In this document: in pieces, positions 1 to 9,963 of the stretch
How the letters are laid out: each line of letters begins with the position of its first letter
Position numbering within the stretch: the first letter of the stretch is position 1
Assembly: GCA_047285305.1 (NCBI GenBank)
Contig: JBJBDL010000003.1
Span: 800,001 to 864,000 of the forward strand
Direction of reading: 5' to 3'
Source: Synechococcus sp.
Lineage (GTDB): Bacteria > Cyanobacteriota > Cyanobacteriia > PCC-6307 > Cyanobiaceae
Length of the DNA: 64,000 nucleotides
The notes under the pieces: generated by a model
What the model was told of the DNA's origin: nothing
Seen by the model: the letters and a program-made list of their open reading frames with translations, nothing else
The model's database searches: none
Program-made: the position numbers and the translations under genes

Positions 1-683
1 TGCCGTTTCTGCTCGACACCGCCGATCGTTTGGCCCGATTGCAACCCGGATGCCGTTTTTTGCTCCCGCTGGCTCCGACCACCAGCATTGATGAGCTGCT
101 GCGTTTCGCCGGCGCATCCAACCCGATTGCTGCCCGCTACAGCGCCTCCGTTGCTTCGGTGGAGCAGGGGGAGTCGATGACGGAGTTGGTGACGGGTGCG
201 GGCATACGGATTCGTCTGCTGGAGCAGCATCCGGCCCATGGCCCCCTGAGCCAGTGCGCTCTGGCCCTGACCACGGTCGGCGCCAATACGGCCGAACTTG
301 GCGCCCTTGCGGTGCCGATGATTGTGATTGTTCCCACCCAGCACCTGGAGGTGATGCAGGCCTGGGACGGCGGGCTGGGGCTGCTGGCGCGTCTGCCGGG
401 TCTGCGGCGTCTGATCGGGGTTCTGTTGACCCTCTGGCGTTTGCGTAACAACGGGTTGATGGCATGGCCCAACATCAGTGCAGGCCGTGCTGTGGTGCCG
501 GAGCGGGTGGGGGCGATCACCCCGGAGGAGATTGCGAAGGAGGCCTGCGATTGGCTGAACGCCCCCGAGCGGCTTGAGGGCCAGCGCCAGGACCTCCAGG
601 CCTTGCGGGGAGAACCAGGGGCGGTGGCCGCATTGGCCGCCGAGGTGAGGGGGTTGCTGCCCCAAGAGCTCAACCCTTCCTAG
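1..683 (+). CDS. lpxB: Lipid-A-disaccharide synthase-like glycosyltransferase, 5'-truncated by window edge
   Basis: C-terminal GT-B motifs [23 protein letters not shown] and AWPNI..GRAVVPE; the frame is open to the window start. Confidence 0.65.
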   Translation, partial: PFLLDTADRLARLQPGCRFLLPLAPTTSIDELLRFAGASNPIAARYSASVASVEQGESMTELVTGAGIRIRLLEQHPAHGPLSQCALALTTVGANTAELGALAVPMIVIVPTQHLEVMQAWDGGLGLLARLPGLRRLIGVLLTLWRLRNNGLMAWPNISAGRAVVPERVGAITPEEIAKEACDWLNAPERLEGQRQDLQALRGEPGAVAALAAEVRGLLPQELNPS

Positions 684-712
684 GCTGCGCCCCCACTCTG
701 GTTCCGACGACC

Positions 713-1114
713 ATGCCCCCGTCCAATCCGGTCGAACGCAGCGCCGAGGAGTGGAAGCAATCCCTGACGCCAGAGCAGTTCCAGGTGGCCCGCTGCGGCG
801 GCACGGAGCGGGCTTTCACCGGGGCTTACTGGAACAACAAGGCCACGGGGATGTATCACTGCGTCTGCTGTGGTGCGCCGCTGTTCAGCTCTGAGACCAA
901 GTTCGATTCGGGCACGGGTTGGCCCAGCTTCTGGGACGGTGTGAGTGCCGAGGCGATCACCACCAAAGAAGATCTGACCCACGGGATGGTACGCACCGAA
1001 ATCAACTGCGCTCAATGTGATGCCCACCTCGGGCACGTCTTCCCCGATGGTCCCGCCCCCACGGGCCAGCGCTACTGCGTCAACAGCGCATCGTTGAACT
1101 TCAAGGGGTCCTGA
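713..1114 (+). CDS. msrB: Peptide methionine sulfoxide reductase B
   Basis: [29 protein letters not shown] and RYCVNS motifs; two CxxC Zn sites. Confidence 0.97.
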   Translation: MPPSNPVERSAEEWKQSLTPEQFQVARCGGTERAFTGAYWNNKATGMYHCVCCGAPLFSSETKFDSGTGWPSFWDGVSAEAITTKEDLTHGMVRTEINCAQCDAHLGHVFPDGPAPTGQRYCVNSASLNFKGS

Positions 1115-1139
1115 GCACCGTTCAGCACCTCAGGCCCGA

Positions 1140-2249
1140 TCACCAGGGATCGTCGAGATCCTGGCTTCGGCGCTGGGGCGCTGCATCCTCCATCGGTTCC
1201 ACATCCAGGGGTTCGCCCGACTGCTGAACCGCGCGGCGGGAGGCTGGCATGGCACGCCGCGGAGGCTGTTCCTCGTAGGCGGGCTGTTCCTCATAAGCAG
1301 GCTGTTCCTCGTAGGCAGGCTGCTGATCGAAGGGTGCGGGCTCGTTGTAGGTCTGTGCTCGCTCAGCCGGCCGCTCGTCGTAGCGGGCAGGTTCGGCGTA
1401 GCGCTGCTCGTCGTACCTCTGGGGCTCATCGAGGTAACGGCGTTGCTGCATCGACTCCTGCCGCCGGTCCTCCAGCTCTACATATTCCAGTTCTGCATCA
1501 GCCTCAAACCGCTCGGCTTCTGAAGCCTGCAAGCGCCGTTGCTCCTGCTCCTGGGGTTGTCCGGAGGTGAGCTGATTTTCCACGGGCACCAGGTTGACCC
1601 GGTAGCGCTCCCGCTCCTGCTCCTCCCAGCTGGGGCCACCAACTCCCAGTTTTTCAAGAACGCCGCTGTTCAGCTGTTTGAGCTTGTCTTCGGCACCCTC
1701 ATAAACAATGATCCGGTCCGGGCCGCTGCTGACGATCTCCTCCACCGGCATTTCCCAGGTGCTCAGCACCCCTTCCCCCAGCAGGGGCACGCCAAGGGCG
1801 CCCATCACCAGGGTGGTGAGCTCGCCGGTTTCGATGTCGAAGGCGAAGCCGAGCACCCGCCCCAGCTGTTCGCCGGACTCGGTGATCACCTGGCAGTTGA
1901 TCACCCGGCTGTAGCGCTCAGGGTTGAAGTTTTCGCTCAGGGAGTCGGCCGAATCCACCAGGATCACGTCGCCCACCTGACGGATCCGGTCCAGTGGCAT
2001 CCAGCGCGGCAGGCCGGGCAGGAAACGGGTTAGGGGGTTGTCCCGCAGCCCCACAGCCACCACTTCACGGCGGTCGATATCGACGATCACTTCACCCACC
2101 ACCCCAAGACGGCGGCCGGTGTCACGGGTGATCACCTGGGTGCCCATCAGTTCGGAGCGCAACCAGAGGCGATCGCTGGGTACGCCAGTGGTGATGGCGT
2201 CGTTTGGGGTAGGGGTCGGGGTCAAGCGCGGGCCCTCGGCCATGGACAT
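1140..2249 (-). CDS. PRC-barrel domain protein with acidic low-complexity tail
   Basis: Two PRC-barrel-like repeats (VITRDTGRRLGVV; VITESGEQLGRV). Confidence 0.85.
   Translation of the reverse strand: MSMAEGPRLTPTPTPNDAITTGVPSDRLWLRSELMGTQVITRDTGRRLGVVGEVIVDIDRREVVAVGLRDNPLTRFLPGLPRWMPLDRIRQVGDVILVDSADSLSENFNPERYSRVINCQVITESGEQLGRVLGFAFDIETGELTTLVMGALGVPLLGEGVLSTWEMPVEEIVSSGPDRIIVYEGAEDKLKQLNSGVLEKLGVGGPSWEEQERERYRVNLVPVENQLTSGQPQEQEQRRLQASEAERFEADAELEYVELEDRRQESMQQRRYLDEPQRYDEQRYAEPARYDERPAERAQTYNEPAPFDQQPAYEEQPAYEEQPAYEEQPPRRAMPASRRAVQQSGEPLDVEPMEDAAPQRRSQDLDDPW
1264..1317. repeat. 18-bp coding tandem repeat x3 (PAYEEQ) in the PRC-barrel gene
   Basis: ggctgttcctc(g/a)ta(g/a)gc(g/a) three times in tandem. 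Confidence 0.9.
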
Positions 2250-2315
2250 TCAGACCATTGTGGCGCAGGGGTTCCGCCTGTCACGTTCAGATTGCACAGC
2301 GAAAACTCCGATCGT

Positions 2316-5300
2316 TCAGGCGGCATCCGGTAAACCCACCACCTGGGTGTGGGCGCCGCGGGCCTGGGTCACCCCGATCGTGCGCTGGGCTGCGCCGATC
2401 ATCGGGCGGCGGTGGCTGACCACCATGAATTGGGCTGCCTCGGCCTGACGGGCGATCAGAGCCGCCAGGCGCTCCACATTGACGCCGTCGAGGAAGCTGT
2501 CCACCTCGTCGAGGGCATAGAACGGCGACGGCCGGAAGCGCTGCAGGGCGAACAGGAAGCTCAAGGCGGTGAGTGATTTCTCTCCCCCCGACATCGAGGC
2601 CAGGCGCCGCACGGTTTTGCCCTTGGGATGGGCCACCAGGGTGAGGCCACCTTCCAGGGGCTCCTTCGGGTTCTCCAGTTGCAGGTGGCCATCACCATCG
2701 GAGAGCGAGGCAAAGATCTCGCGGAAATGGCCATCCACGGCGGTGAAGGCTTCCATGAAGGCGTCCTGGCGCAGGGTGGCCACGGTTTCGATCCGCAGCA
2801 GCAGTTCCTCCCGCTCGCTGTTGAGCACGTCGAGCCGTTCGTTGAGTTCGCTGAGCCGCTCTTCGAGGGCCTCGAGTTCCTCCAGCGCCAGCATGTTCAC
2901 TGGCTCCAGCGCTTCCATGCGTTGCTGGATGGCCTGCAGATCGGTCTGCAAGGCTTCTAAGCCCGCCAGCCGCAGGGCTTCCGGGATCTCCGGCCTCGGG
3001 TCCGGCAGGGCCTGTTCCATCTCCTGCAGGCGCACCACACCGCTGCGCTGTTCTTCGATCAATCCTTCGCGGTCTTCCTTGAGCCGCTCCAGATTCCATT
3101 CGGCCTGCTGCAGGGCCTGACGCTGGCGGCCCACCTCGGCTTCCGCGGCGTCCCGGGCTCGGCGCTGGCTGCCGAAGCGCTCCTGCAGGTCGGTCTGCTG
3201 CTGCTCGAGCTCTTTGCGCTTCTCCTGGAGGTCGCTCTGCTGCTGGCGCCAGGCCCCATGGGCACTGGCGAGGGCCTTCACCGCCTCCTGCAAGCGGGTT
3301 TCTTCGGCGGCCAGAGCCTTCTCCTGGTCCCCCAGACGTTCAATCGCCAGCTGCCGCTCGCGGCGGGCATTCAGCAGCTGGTCGCGCTCGCGGCGGGCCG
3401 CCTCCAGCCGTTGGTCGGCGGCTTCCTGTTCCGTCTGAAGTTGGGCCCAGGCGGCGGCATCGTCGTTGTTGCCGCTGTTGCGCTCCGCCTCATCCAAGGC
3501 CTGCAGTTCCGCGGTGAGTGGGGTGAGTGCAGTGCTGATGGCTTCGAGCCGCTGCTGTTGCTCGGTCTGGTCCTGCTGCAATTTGCTGAGTCGTTCGGCC
3601 CTCTGTCGGCTGCGCTCGAGCAGGGGGCCGTGGTTGCGCCGGGCGGCATTGCGCTCGGCGATCAAGGCCGCCTGTTGCTTTTCCAGTTCGCGCAGCTGGG
3701 GTTTCTGCTGCTCGATCAGTTGGGCCAGCTTCGACTCCTCCCGCCGGCAGGCCACCAGGGATTCCCCCAGTTCCAGCAGGCGCCGCCGCAGGGGTTCAGC
3801 TTCGTCCTGATCGCTGCTGCGGCCGAAGCTGAGGCTGCTGCTGCGCTGGGAGAAGCTGCCGCCGGTCATGGCGCCGCTCTTCTCCAGCAGCTCCCCATCC
3901 AGGGTCACCGCCCGGGAGCGGCCCAGTTGTTGACGGGCGCTGGCCAGGTCGGAGAACACCAGGGTGTCGCCGAAGACGTAGGCAAACACCTGGTCATAGA
4001 CCGGTTCGAAGCGCACCAGTTCCACGGCCCGGCCGATCAGGCCGGCACCGCTGTCGCCACCGGGGCGTGCACCTCGGGCAAAGGCGGCTGAAGAGCCGCC
4101 GCCCCCTGGCGCGCGGATCTTGTTCAGAGGCAGGAAGGTGAGCCGGCCAGCACGGCGGCTCTTGAGCAGTTCGATGGCGCGGGCGGCGATGCGGTCGTCG
4201 TCGACCACTACCTGGCCGAGACGGGCCCCCGCGGCCACTTCCAGGGCGAGGCGATGGCGATCCTCCACCTCTCCCAGCTGGGCTACAGGGCCGTGGATGC
4301 CATCGAGGCCGGCCTCCAGCAGCAGGCGCAGGGCTCCGGTGCCGCGGCTTTCCTGAAGGGCATCCCGCCGGCTCTCCAGCCGAGCGATCTCCCGTTCCAA
4401 GCGGGTCTGCTCCTGTTCCAGCCGGCTGCGGGTGCGCTGTTGGATGGCCAGCGACTCGGTGGTCTGCTGGAGCTCCTGTTTGCCGTCGGCAATGGCTTGC
4501 AGCAGGGTTTGCCAGGTCTCCTCCAGGGTTGCGAGCTGTTGCTGCACGGCGTCGCCGTCGGCGCCGTCCTGGTGCTGCTCCTGGGTGAGCTCTTCCAGCC
4601 GTTCCCGTTCCTGGCGCAGCCGTTCCTGCAACTGCTGCTGCTCCTCCAGTAAGGGAGCGACGCTGCTTTGCAACTCCTGCCGGCGACCGCTGCGGCGCTT
4701 CTGTTCCTCCACCCAGGCGCCGGAGCGGCCCGCCACATCCGCCAGCCGGCGGCGGGACATTTCCACCGCGGCTTCAGCGGCCCTGCAGTTGTCTTCGGCG
4801 GCGCTGAGGGCGTCCTGATGGGGATCGCGTTCCAGTTCCCGTGATTGCAGCTGCCACTGCTGGCGACGGGTGGCGAGGTCCTGGCGCTGCGCCTGCAGTT
4901 TCTGGCCTTCGTCCTGGTGGAGGCTGGCCTGGCGCTCCAGTTCACGGCTGCTGGTGTCGAGGCCAGCCAGTTCCGCCTGAACCGCCAGCAGCTGGTCTTC
5001 CCCCAGGGCCTTCACCTGCTCCTGGAGCAAGTCCAGTTCGGCCACGGCCTTGTTCAGCTGCTCTCGGCCGCTGGCAATGGCCGCGGCGTCCCTCTGTTCC
5101 TGGGCTTCCAGCGCCTGTTGGCGGGTGGCCAGATCCTTGAGGGCCTGCTGGGCGGCTTCGTAGGCCAGCACCATCTCCTGGCGACGTCCCAGTTGCAGCC
5201 GTTCCCGCAAGTCCTGGTATTGCCGGGCCTTGGCGCAGTCCTTCTCCAACCGTTGGCGGCTGGCCAGCAGTTCCTGCTCAATGATCCGGCAGCGCTCCTG

Positions 5301-5924
5301 GCGCTCCTGCACGTCATCGAGCTTGCGGCGGGTCTGTTCGATCCGGGTGTCGAACAGGGCAACACCGGCCAGTTCATCGATCAGGCCGCGGCGGTCGCGG
5401 TTGCTCATCGAGACGATGCGGGTGACGTCCCCCTGCATCACCACGTTGCTGCCCTCGGGATCAATCCGAAGGCGGCGCAGCTGGGTCTGCAGCTGCTGCA
5501 GGTTGCAGGGCACCCCGTCGGCGCTGTAGCTGGAGCTGTAGGAGCCCCCTGGCATCACCCGCAGTTTGCGGGTCACTGTCCATTCCGTTTGTCCCGGTTG
5601 AATCCAGGGCCCCTCCGCCGGTGCCTCCAGGCCTTCCTCGGCGGCATCGGGTGTCCAGTCGCTCAGGTCAAAGCGGACGCTGACGGTTGTTTCAGCGGCC
5701 TTGCCGGCCTTGAGCATGCCGCTGTTGACCAGGTCCGGCAGGCGGTCAGCCCGCATGCCACGGCTGGTGGCCAGGCCCAGGCAGAACAGAACGCCATCAA
5801 GGATGTTGCTTTTGCCGGAGCCATTGGGTCCGGTCACGACGGTGAATCCCTCCTCAAGCGGGATGGTCATCGCTCCGCCGAACGACTTGAAGTGCGTCAG
5901 CCCAACCTGATTGATATGAACCAA
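2316..5924 (-). CDS. smc: Chromosome segregation protein SMC
   Basis: Walker A GPNGSGKSN, coiled coils, hinge (GIHGPVAQL, GRLTFLPL), signature MSGGEKS, Walker B LDEVD. Confidence 0.98.
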   Translation of the reverse strand: MVHINQVGLTHFKSFGGAMTIPLEEGFTVVTGPNGSGKSNILDGVLFCLGLATSRGMRADRLPDLVNSGMLKAGKAAETTVSVRFDLSDWTPDAAEEGLEAPAEGPWIQPGQTEWTVTRKLRVMPGGSYSSSYSADGVPCNLQQLQTQLRRLRIDPEGSNVVMQGDVTRIVSMSNRDRRGLIDELAGVALFDTRIEQTRRKLDDVQERQERCRIIEQELLASRQRLEKDCAKARQYQDLRERLQLGRRQEMVLAYEAAQQALKDLATRQQALEAQEQRDAAAIASGREQLNKAVAELDLLQEQVKALGEDQLLAVQAELAGLDTSSRELERQASLHQDEGQKLQAQRQDLATRRQQWQLQSRELERDPHQDALSAAEDNCRAAEAAVEMSRRRLADVAGRSGAWVEEQKRRSGRRQELQSSVAPLLEEQQQLQERLRQERERLEELTQEQHQDGADGDAVQQQLATLEETWQTLLQAIADGKQELQQTTESLAIQQRTRSRLEQEQTRLEREIARLESRRDALQESRGTGALRLLLEAGLDGIHGPVAQLGEVEDRHRLALEVAAGARLGQVVVDDDRIAARAIELLKSRRAGRLTFLPLNKIRAPGGGGSSAAFARGARPGGDSGAGLIGRAVELVRFEPVYDQVFAYVFGDTLVFSDLASARQQLGRSRAVTLDGELLEKSGAMTGGSFSQRSSSLSFGRSSDQDEAEPLRRRLLELGESLVACRREESKLAQLIEQQKPQLRELEKQQAALIAERNAARRNHGPLLERSRQRAERLSKLQQDQTEQQQRLEAISTALTPLTAELQALDEAERNSGNNDDAAAWAQLQTEQEAADQRLEAARRERDQLLNARRERQLAIERLGDQEKALAAEETRLQEAVKALASAHGAWRQQQSDLQEKRKELEQQQTDLQERFGSQRRARDAAEAEVGRQRQALQQAEWNLERLKEDREGLIEEQRSGVVRLQEMEQALPDPRPEIPEALRLAGLEALQTDLQAIQQRMEALEPVNMLALEELEALEERLSELNERLDVLNSEREELLLRIETVATLRQDAFMEAFTAVDGHFREIFASLSDGDGHLQLENPKEPLEGGLTLVAHPKGKTVRRLASMSGGEKSLTALSFLFALQRFRPSPFYALDEVDSFLDGVNVERLAALIARQAEAAQFMVVSHRRPMIGAAQRTIGVTQARGAHTQVVGLPDAA

Positions 5925-5974
5925 CAGGATCTGGGGCTGTCAGCGAGTCGAAATTAGCGGAACCCACGAAAAGC

Positions 5975-6331
5975 TCAAGGGTTCGATAAAGAGCAGTGCC
6001 CGGAATTGATGCGCAGGCAGCCCTGGAGGTCGCCCTCGAGCTGCAGGGTGACGTCTGCATCCGTGGCGTTGGGGAGCACGCCGCTGTAGCTGCCGGCATG
6101 GATGCGTTCGGCCCAGCCCCGATTGCCCGAAACGGCAGCACTGCGGGGTTCCAGCCAGATCTTTCGATGGGCAGGCACGGGAACCGCTGGTTGGGCAGCT
6201 GCGTTGAGCTGCGGCACTGTGGCCAGTCGCCAAGTTCGGCAGCTGTCCCCGTCCTCCAGCAGCAGATCGATGTGGCATCCGCTGGGGTCGTTCGGTGCTC
6301 CGGTGTGACGCAGCAGGGCGTATCGCGGCAA
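5975..6331 (-). CDS. Small hypothetical protein resembling the LigD 3'-phosphoesterase N-terminal domain
   Basis: RYALLRH...HIDLLLE.G.SCRTWRL resembles the FVVQxH...HYDFRLE..G.LxSWA pattern; probable TTG start at 6331. Confidence 0.5.
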   Translation of the reverse strand: MPRYALLRHTGAPNDPSGCHIDLLLEDGDSCRTWRLATVPQLNAAAQPAVPVPAHRKIWLEPRSAAVSGNRGWAERIHAGSYSGVLPNATDADVTLQLEGDLQGCLRINSGHCSLSNP

Positions 6332-6390
6332 AGACTTTCCCTCAGCCTTCAGTCTCCCTACCCTTCTAAAGCGTCCTGACAACGGTCTTC

Positions 6391-6813
6391 ATGGCCTCGC
6401 CATCGCCGCAGTCCAACGGCAGATTCGAGCACCACTTCCGTGAGCGCTTTGAAAGCCTGCTGCCGACGATCCAGGAGCGCTGGCCGGATCTTGCTGAGCA
6501 CACCCTTGAAGCCACACGGGGGAGTGTGGATGAGTTGGTTCGTTTGATTGAACAGAACACAGGCCTGACGCCCCAAGGGGTTCGGGAGCAACTGGAGGAG
6601 CTTCTCCACGGCGCCGGTGATCGCAGCCGTGACTGGGCCGACAGCCTGGATCCCCTCGAAGAGCAACTGGAACAGTTGCTGGATGAGTTGAACAGCACCC
6701 TGCGGCCGAAGATCGAGGCGCCTGTGCGTCAGCGACCACTGCTGGCTGTGGGTGTTGCCCTTGGTGTTGGGTTGCTGCTGGGCAGCATGCTTCGCGGGGG
6801 GCGGCGTTCCTGA
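6391..6813 (+). CDS. DUF883/YqjD-ElaB family membrane-anchored protein
   Basis: C-terminal VRQRPLLAVGVALGVGLLLG..RR tail. Confidence 0.8.
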   Translation: MASPSPQSNGRFEHHFRERFESLLPTIQERWPDLAEHTLEATRGSVDELVRLIEQNTGLTPQGVREQLEELLHGAGDRSRDWADSLDPLEEQLEQLLDELNSTLRPKIEAPVRQRPLLAVGVALGVGLLLGSMLRGGRRS

Positions 6814-7199
6814 TGGCCGATCAAAACTCTCCCCGCGGATTTGGAGCGGCAGCTCGGGTGACCGCACTGGCGGCGTCAGTGATGGATCTGCACGTGCGGA
6901 TTGCCCTGCAGGAGGTGGATCGGGAAAAACGCCGACTGATCAGCGGTGGCCTGTTCCTCGCCATCGGAGGCACGGCCATGTTCCTGGCCTTGCTGGCGGG
7001 CGAAGCGTCGTTGCTGCTTTGGATTCAGGCCCAGTGGGATCTGGATTGGACCCGCGCACTGTTGAGCCTTGCGGTGGCCAACCTGGTGCTGGCGGGCATC
7101 AGCTTGCGCATTGGCGGCCAGGTGCTGAAGGGCCCGTTCCTGCCTCAGACGTTGGAGGGACTGATGAAAACGGTGCGGGCAGTGATGGGACGGGTTTGA
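6813..7199 (+). CDS. YqjE/phage-holin-family membrane protein
   Basis: Two hydrophobic helices and a C-terminal LPQTLE motif; start overlaps the DUF883 stop (TGATG). Confidence 0.75.
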   Translation: MADQNSPRGFGAAARVTALAASVMDLHVRIALQEVDREKRRLISGGLFLAIGGTAMFLALLAGEASLLLWIQAQWDLDWTRALLSLAVANLVLAGISLRIGGQVLKGPFLPQTLEGLMKTVRAVMGRV

Positions 7200-8366
7200 T
7201 CAGCGGATGTAGTAGTGCAGCCAGCGGCAGTCAATGCCGCCGTTGCTGACGGGGATCCTTTGCTCGGCCTTCAGACGCAGGGCTCCCGTCAGGTTGCGAT
7301 TCCCGCTGAGCAACCAGAGCTTCCAACCCTTGGCTTGCCCTTTGACGTAGTTGCCAAGCTCTCGATACAACGCCTCCAGCTCCGCTTCATCGCCGATCCG
7401 TTGGCCGTAAGGGGGATTGCAGACCAACACCCCAGGCCCCTCCGGAAGGGGTTGATCGCTGAACGTGCCCGTGCAGATGCGGATGACTCCACTCAGCCCA
7501 GCGGCTTCCACATTGGCCCGGGCCTGATCGGCAATGGTGGGATTTGCTTCAATCCCCAGGAGCGGCGGAAGGGTGAGGTCCCCCCTGCGCCGTTGCCGGG
7601 CGCGATCAGCTTCTCTGTCCCAGAGGTTGGTCTGAAAATCGGCCCATCCTTCGAGTGCAAAGCGGCGCTCCAACCCCGGGGCCTGCTGCAAGGCGGCCAG
7701 GGCCGCTTCGATCAGGAGCACTCCTGAACCGCAGCAGGGGTCCACGAGGGGTTGGTTCCCATCCCAGCCCGTGAGGCGGATCAGCCCGGCCGCCAGATTT
7801 TCCTTCAACGGTGCCGCACCCATGGCGGCCCTGTAGCCACGACGGTGCAGGCTGCTGCCACTGCCATCCAGGCTTAGCTGTGCTTCCCCGCGGCCGAGGT
7901 GCAGGTGCAGGGAGAGATCGGGATCGTCGAGATCGATGGAGGAACGCTCTCCCCAAAGATCCCGTTGTGCGTCAACAAGGGCGTTTTTGACCTGCAACGC
8001 CGTGAAGTGGCTGTGGTTCAGCCCCGGTGCCGTTCCGGTCACATCCACCCTGAAGGTCATCGAGGGATGCAGCCAGCGCTCCCAGTCGAGTGCCTGGCGG
8101 ATGCCGTCGTAGAGGTCATCCCGGCCCTGGCAGGGGAAGCGCGCCACCTGGCGCAACAGCCGGAAGGGCAGTCGAGCCTGCAGGTGTAGTCGGTAGAGGC
8201 AGGCCATGTCTGCCTGGAAGCTGACGGCACGCCTGCCGGGCCTCACGGCATGGGCTCCAAGGGCGCTGAGTTCGTCGCCAGCTGCTGCTTCCAGGCCTTG
8301 TGGCACAACTGCCACGGCGGATAGCCGGTTTGTTCGACCCAAGGGCGTTGTGCTCCAGGTCAACAC
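7200..8366 (-). CDS. THUMP-domain RNA methyltransferase (RlmL-like)
   Basis: LHRRGYR, APLKENLAAGL, DPCCGSG and NPPYG motifs; true start uncertain. Confidence 0.9.
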   Translation of the reverse strand: MLTWSTTPLGRTNRLSAVAVVPQGLEAAAGDELSALGAHAVRPGRRAVSFQADMACLYRLHLQARLPFRLLRQVARFPCQGRDDLYDGIRQALDWERWLHPSMTFRVDVTGTAPGLNHSHFTALQVKNALVDAQRDLWGERSSIDLDDPDLSLHLHLGRGEAQLSLDGSGSSLHRRGYRAAMGAAPLKENLAAGLIRLTGWDGNQPLVDPCCGSGVLLIEAALAALQQAPGLERRFALEGWADFQTNLWDREADRARQRRRGDLTLPPLLGIEANPTIADQARANVEAAGLSGVIRICTGTFSDQPLPEGPGVLVCNPPYGQRIGDEAELEALYRELGNYVKGQAKGWKLWLLSGNRNLTGALRLKAEQRIPVSNGGIDCRWLHYYIR

Positions 8367-8382
8367 TCCTGTCAGAATGACA

Positions 8383-8660
8383 GGGTCCGGCTTCGTCGGA
8401 CTAGGTGATCCACACCAGTGTTTCGGACAGCGGTTCGATTCCGCTCAGCTCCATTCCCCCCTCTCGGGGCTGCAATGGTTTCGACGGGGCATGAGGAGGG
8501 TGACTGAAGCCTGCTCGGTGAGAGCAAACCCGTAACTGCGAACAACATCGTTCGTTTCTCCCGTCAAGCAGCCCCTGTTGCTGCCTGACCCTTTAAGGGA
8601 GATGGGGTGAGGTCAGCCTTATCACCCAATTGACTCACGGGGGCTGGAAGGCCCCTTCAA
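8383..8660 (+). ncRNA. ssrA: Permuted (two-piece) tmRNA: canonical 3' (acceptor-end) segment about 8383-8453, spacer, then canonical 5' end from 8466; tag ANNIVRFSRQAAPVAA at 8538-8588
   Basis: T-arm/acceptor 3' end GCGGTTCGATTCCGCTCAGCTCCA lies upstream of the 5' end GGGGCTGCAATGGTTTCGAC; cyanobacterial tag ORF ending in AA-stop; outer ends approximate. Confidence 0.95.
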
Positions 8661-8758
8661 ACACTCCCAACACTGGGGTCTCCGAAATTAAGACGGAGGC
8701 TCTAGATGGTCTTGCACGCAAATCTGCACGCAAGCCACTGCCTCCGGTCTTGGACGGC

Positions 8759-9715
8759 ATGGACAAGGCAGAGGCGCTCGCATACGTCTCCCGGTTATTT
8801 GATGCCGCTGAAGCAGGTGCCGTCCTTTGGGGCGACGCTCTGCTGATGAAGAGGTTCATCAGCCAGTGCAGCCGCACCGGCAGCAAGGCGACACAAGACG
8901 GCTACCGCTTCGAGATCCGCGAGTTCACTCGTTGGCGTGATCGCCACCATCCACACCTGCATCTGCGGGAGATCAACCCCGCGTTCTGCCAGGACTGGGT
9001 GTCCCAACTGCGGGAACAAGTCGAGGCCGGACTCATGAAGCCTCGAACCTTCAACCGCAGGATCGCTGCCATCAGTTCGCTCTATCGCTGGGCCTCTGAG
9101 CCCAGTCGGTCAGCAGTGACCGGCGTGCCTCGCAACCCGATGCCACTGCGATCGCTTCTCCACGCTGAGAAGAGCACCAGGCCGCTGACTACAGAGCAGT
9201 TCGGGCTGTTGATGGCAGCCATCACCAGAGCAGCTCACCTTGATCGCAACGCTCAACGCGATTACGCCCTGATCAAAGGTGCGTACTTGCTCGGATGCAG
9301 GGTCTCTGAGATCGCGGCTATCCGTTGGAGAGACATCGAGGTTCTCGATGGCGGAGGGCAAATCCACCTTCTCGGCAAAGGATCCAAGCGGCGAACTGTT
9401 CGCATATCGCCAGCAACGCTCGACCTCTTTCAAGGACTTGGCCGCGGCTCTGATGAAGAGTTCGTCTTCCCTAGTCCCCGCAGTGAGGGGCATCTCTCAC
9501 GCCAAGCAATTGGAGATGTTTGCCGCAAGTGGGGCAGAGCTGCCGGGTTCCACGTTCACCCACACCAGCTGAGGCACAGCCATGCCACATACGCTGTGCA
9601 GAGGGGCGTGGACGTATTCACGCTTCAAGCCACCCTCGGTCACTCGTCGAGTGCGACTACTGGGCATTACGTGGCTGCAAATCCTCTGGACAGCAGTTCT
9701 CTGCGTCTTGGTTAG
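8759..9715 (+). CDS. Tyrosine recombinase/integrase (XerC/D-like, with core-binding domain)
   Basis: Catalytic motifs GCRVSE, GKGSK, HQLRH, LGH and TTGHY; ATG at 8759 chosen because the longer ORF overlaps ssrA. Confidence 0.93.
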   Translation: MDKAEALAYVSRLFDAAEAGAVLWGDALLMKRFISQCSRTGSKATQDGYRFEIREFTRWRDRHHPHLHLREINPAFCQDWVSQLREQVEAGLMKPRTFNRRIAAISSLYRWASEPSRSAVTGVPRNPMPLRSLLHAEKSTRPLTTEQFGLLMAAITRAAHLDRNAQRDYALIKGAYLLGCRVSEIAAIRWRDIEVLDGGGQIHLLGKGSKRRTVRISPATLDLFQGLGRGSDEEFVFPSPRSEGHLSRQAIGDVCRKWGRAAGFHVHPHQLRHSHATYAVQRGVDVFTLQATLGHSSSATTGHYVAANPLDSSSLRLG

Positions 9716-9728
9716 TGCTGTGGTCGGA

Positions 9729-9752
9729 AGTTAGGCCCTATCGGGCCTAACT
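9729..9752. terminator. Hairpin between the integrase and a convergent ORF
   Basis: agttaggccc-tatc-gggcctaact. Confidence 0.6.
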
Positions 9753-9771
9753 CTTGCCGGCATAAACGCTG

Positions 9772-9963
9772 TTACCGCCTGCCCCAGCAGTGCAATTGCT
9801 GTTTACTCCAGTAGTCGAGATGAGCCTCGGCGGTTGCATAGTCGTCGCAGTAGACACGGCTGCCGTTCAACTCGGCTAAGTAGCGGATGTTGGTATCACC
9901 CACCATCAAACGAATTGTCCCGCCTACTTTTGATCTCCAAACAAGAGAAGGGGCAAGAGACAT
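9772..9963 (-). CDS. Hypothetical protein
   Basis: 63-aa ORF with GGAGGT RBS upstream of the ATG. Confidence 0.6.
   Translation of the reverse strand: MSLAPSLVWRSKVGGTIRLMVGDTNIRYLAELNGSRVYCDDYATAEAHLDYWSKQQLHCWGRR

Noticed and set aside
1264..1317. PAYEEQ repeat as a contingency locus
   Set aside because: In-frame 18-bp repeat in a low-complexity tail; copy-number change would not switch expression
8420..8453. Stand-alone tRNA gene
   Set aside because: The T-arm/acceptor sequence is part of the permuted tmRNA; no anticodon arm
8630..8758. N-terminal extension of the integrase from TTG 8630
   Set aside because: Overlaps the end of ssrA; ATG 8759 is more plausible
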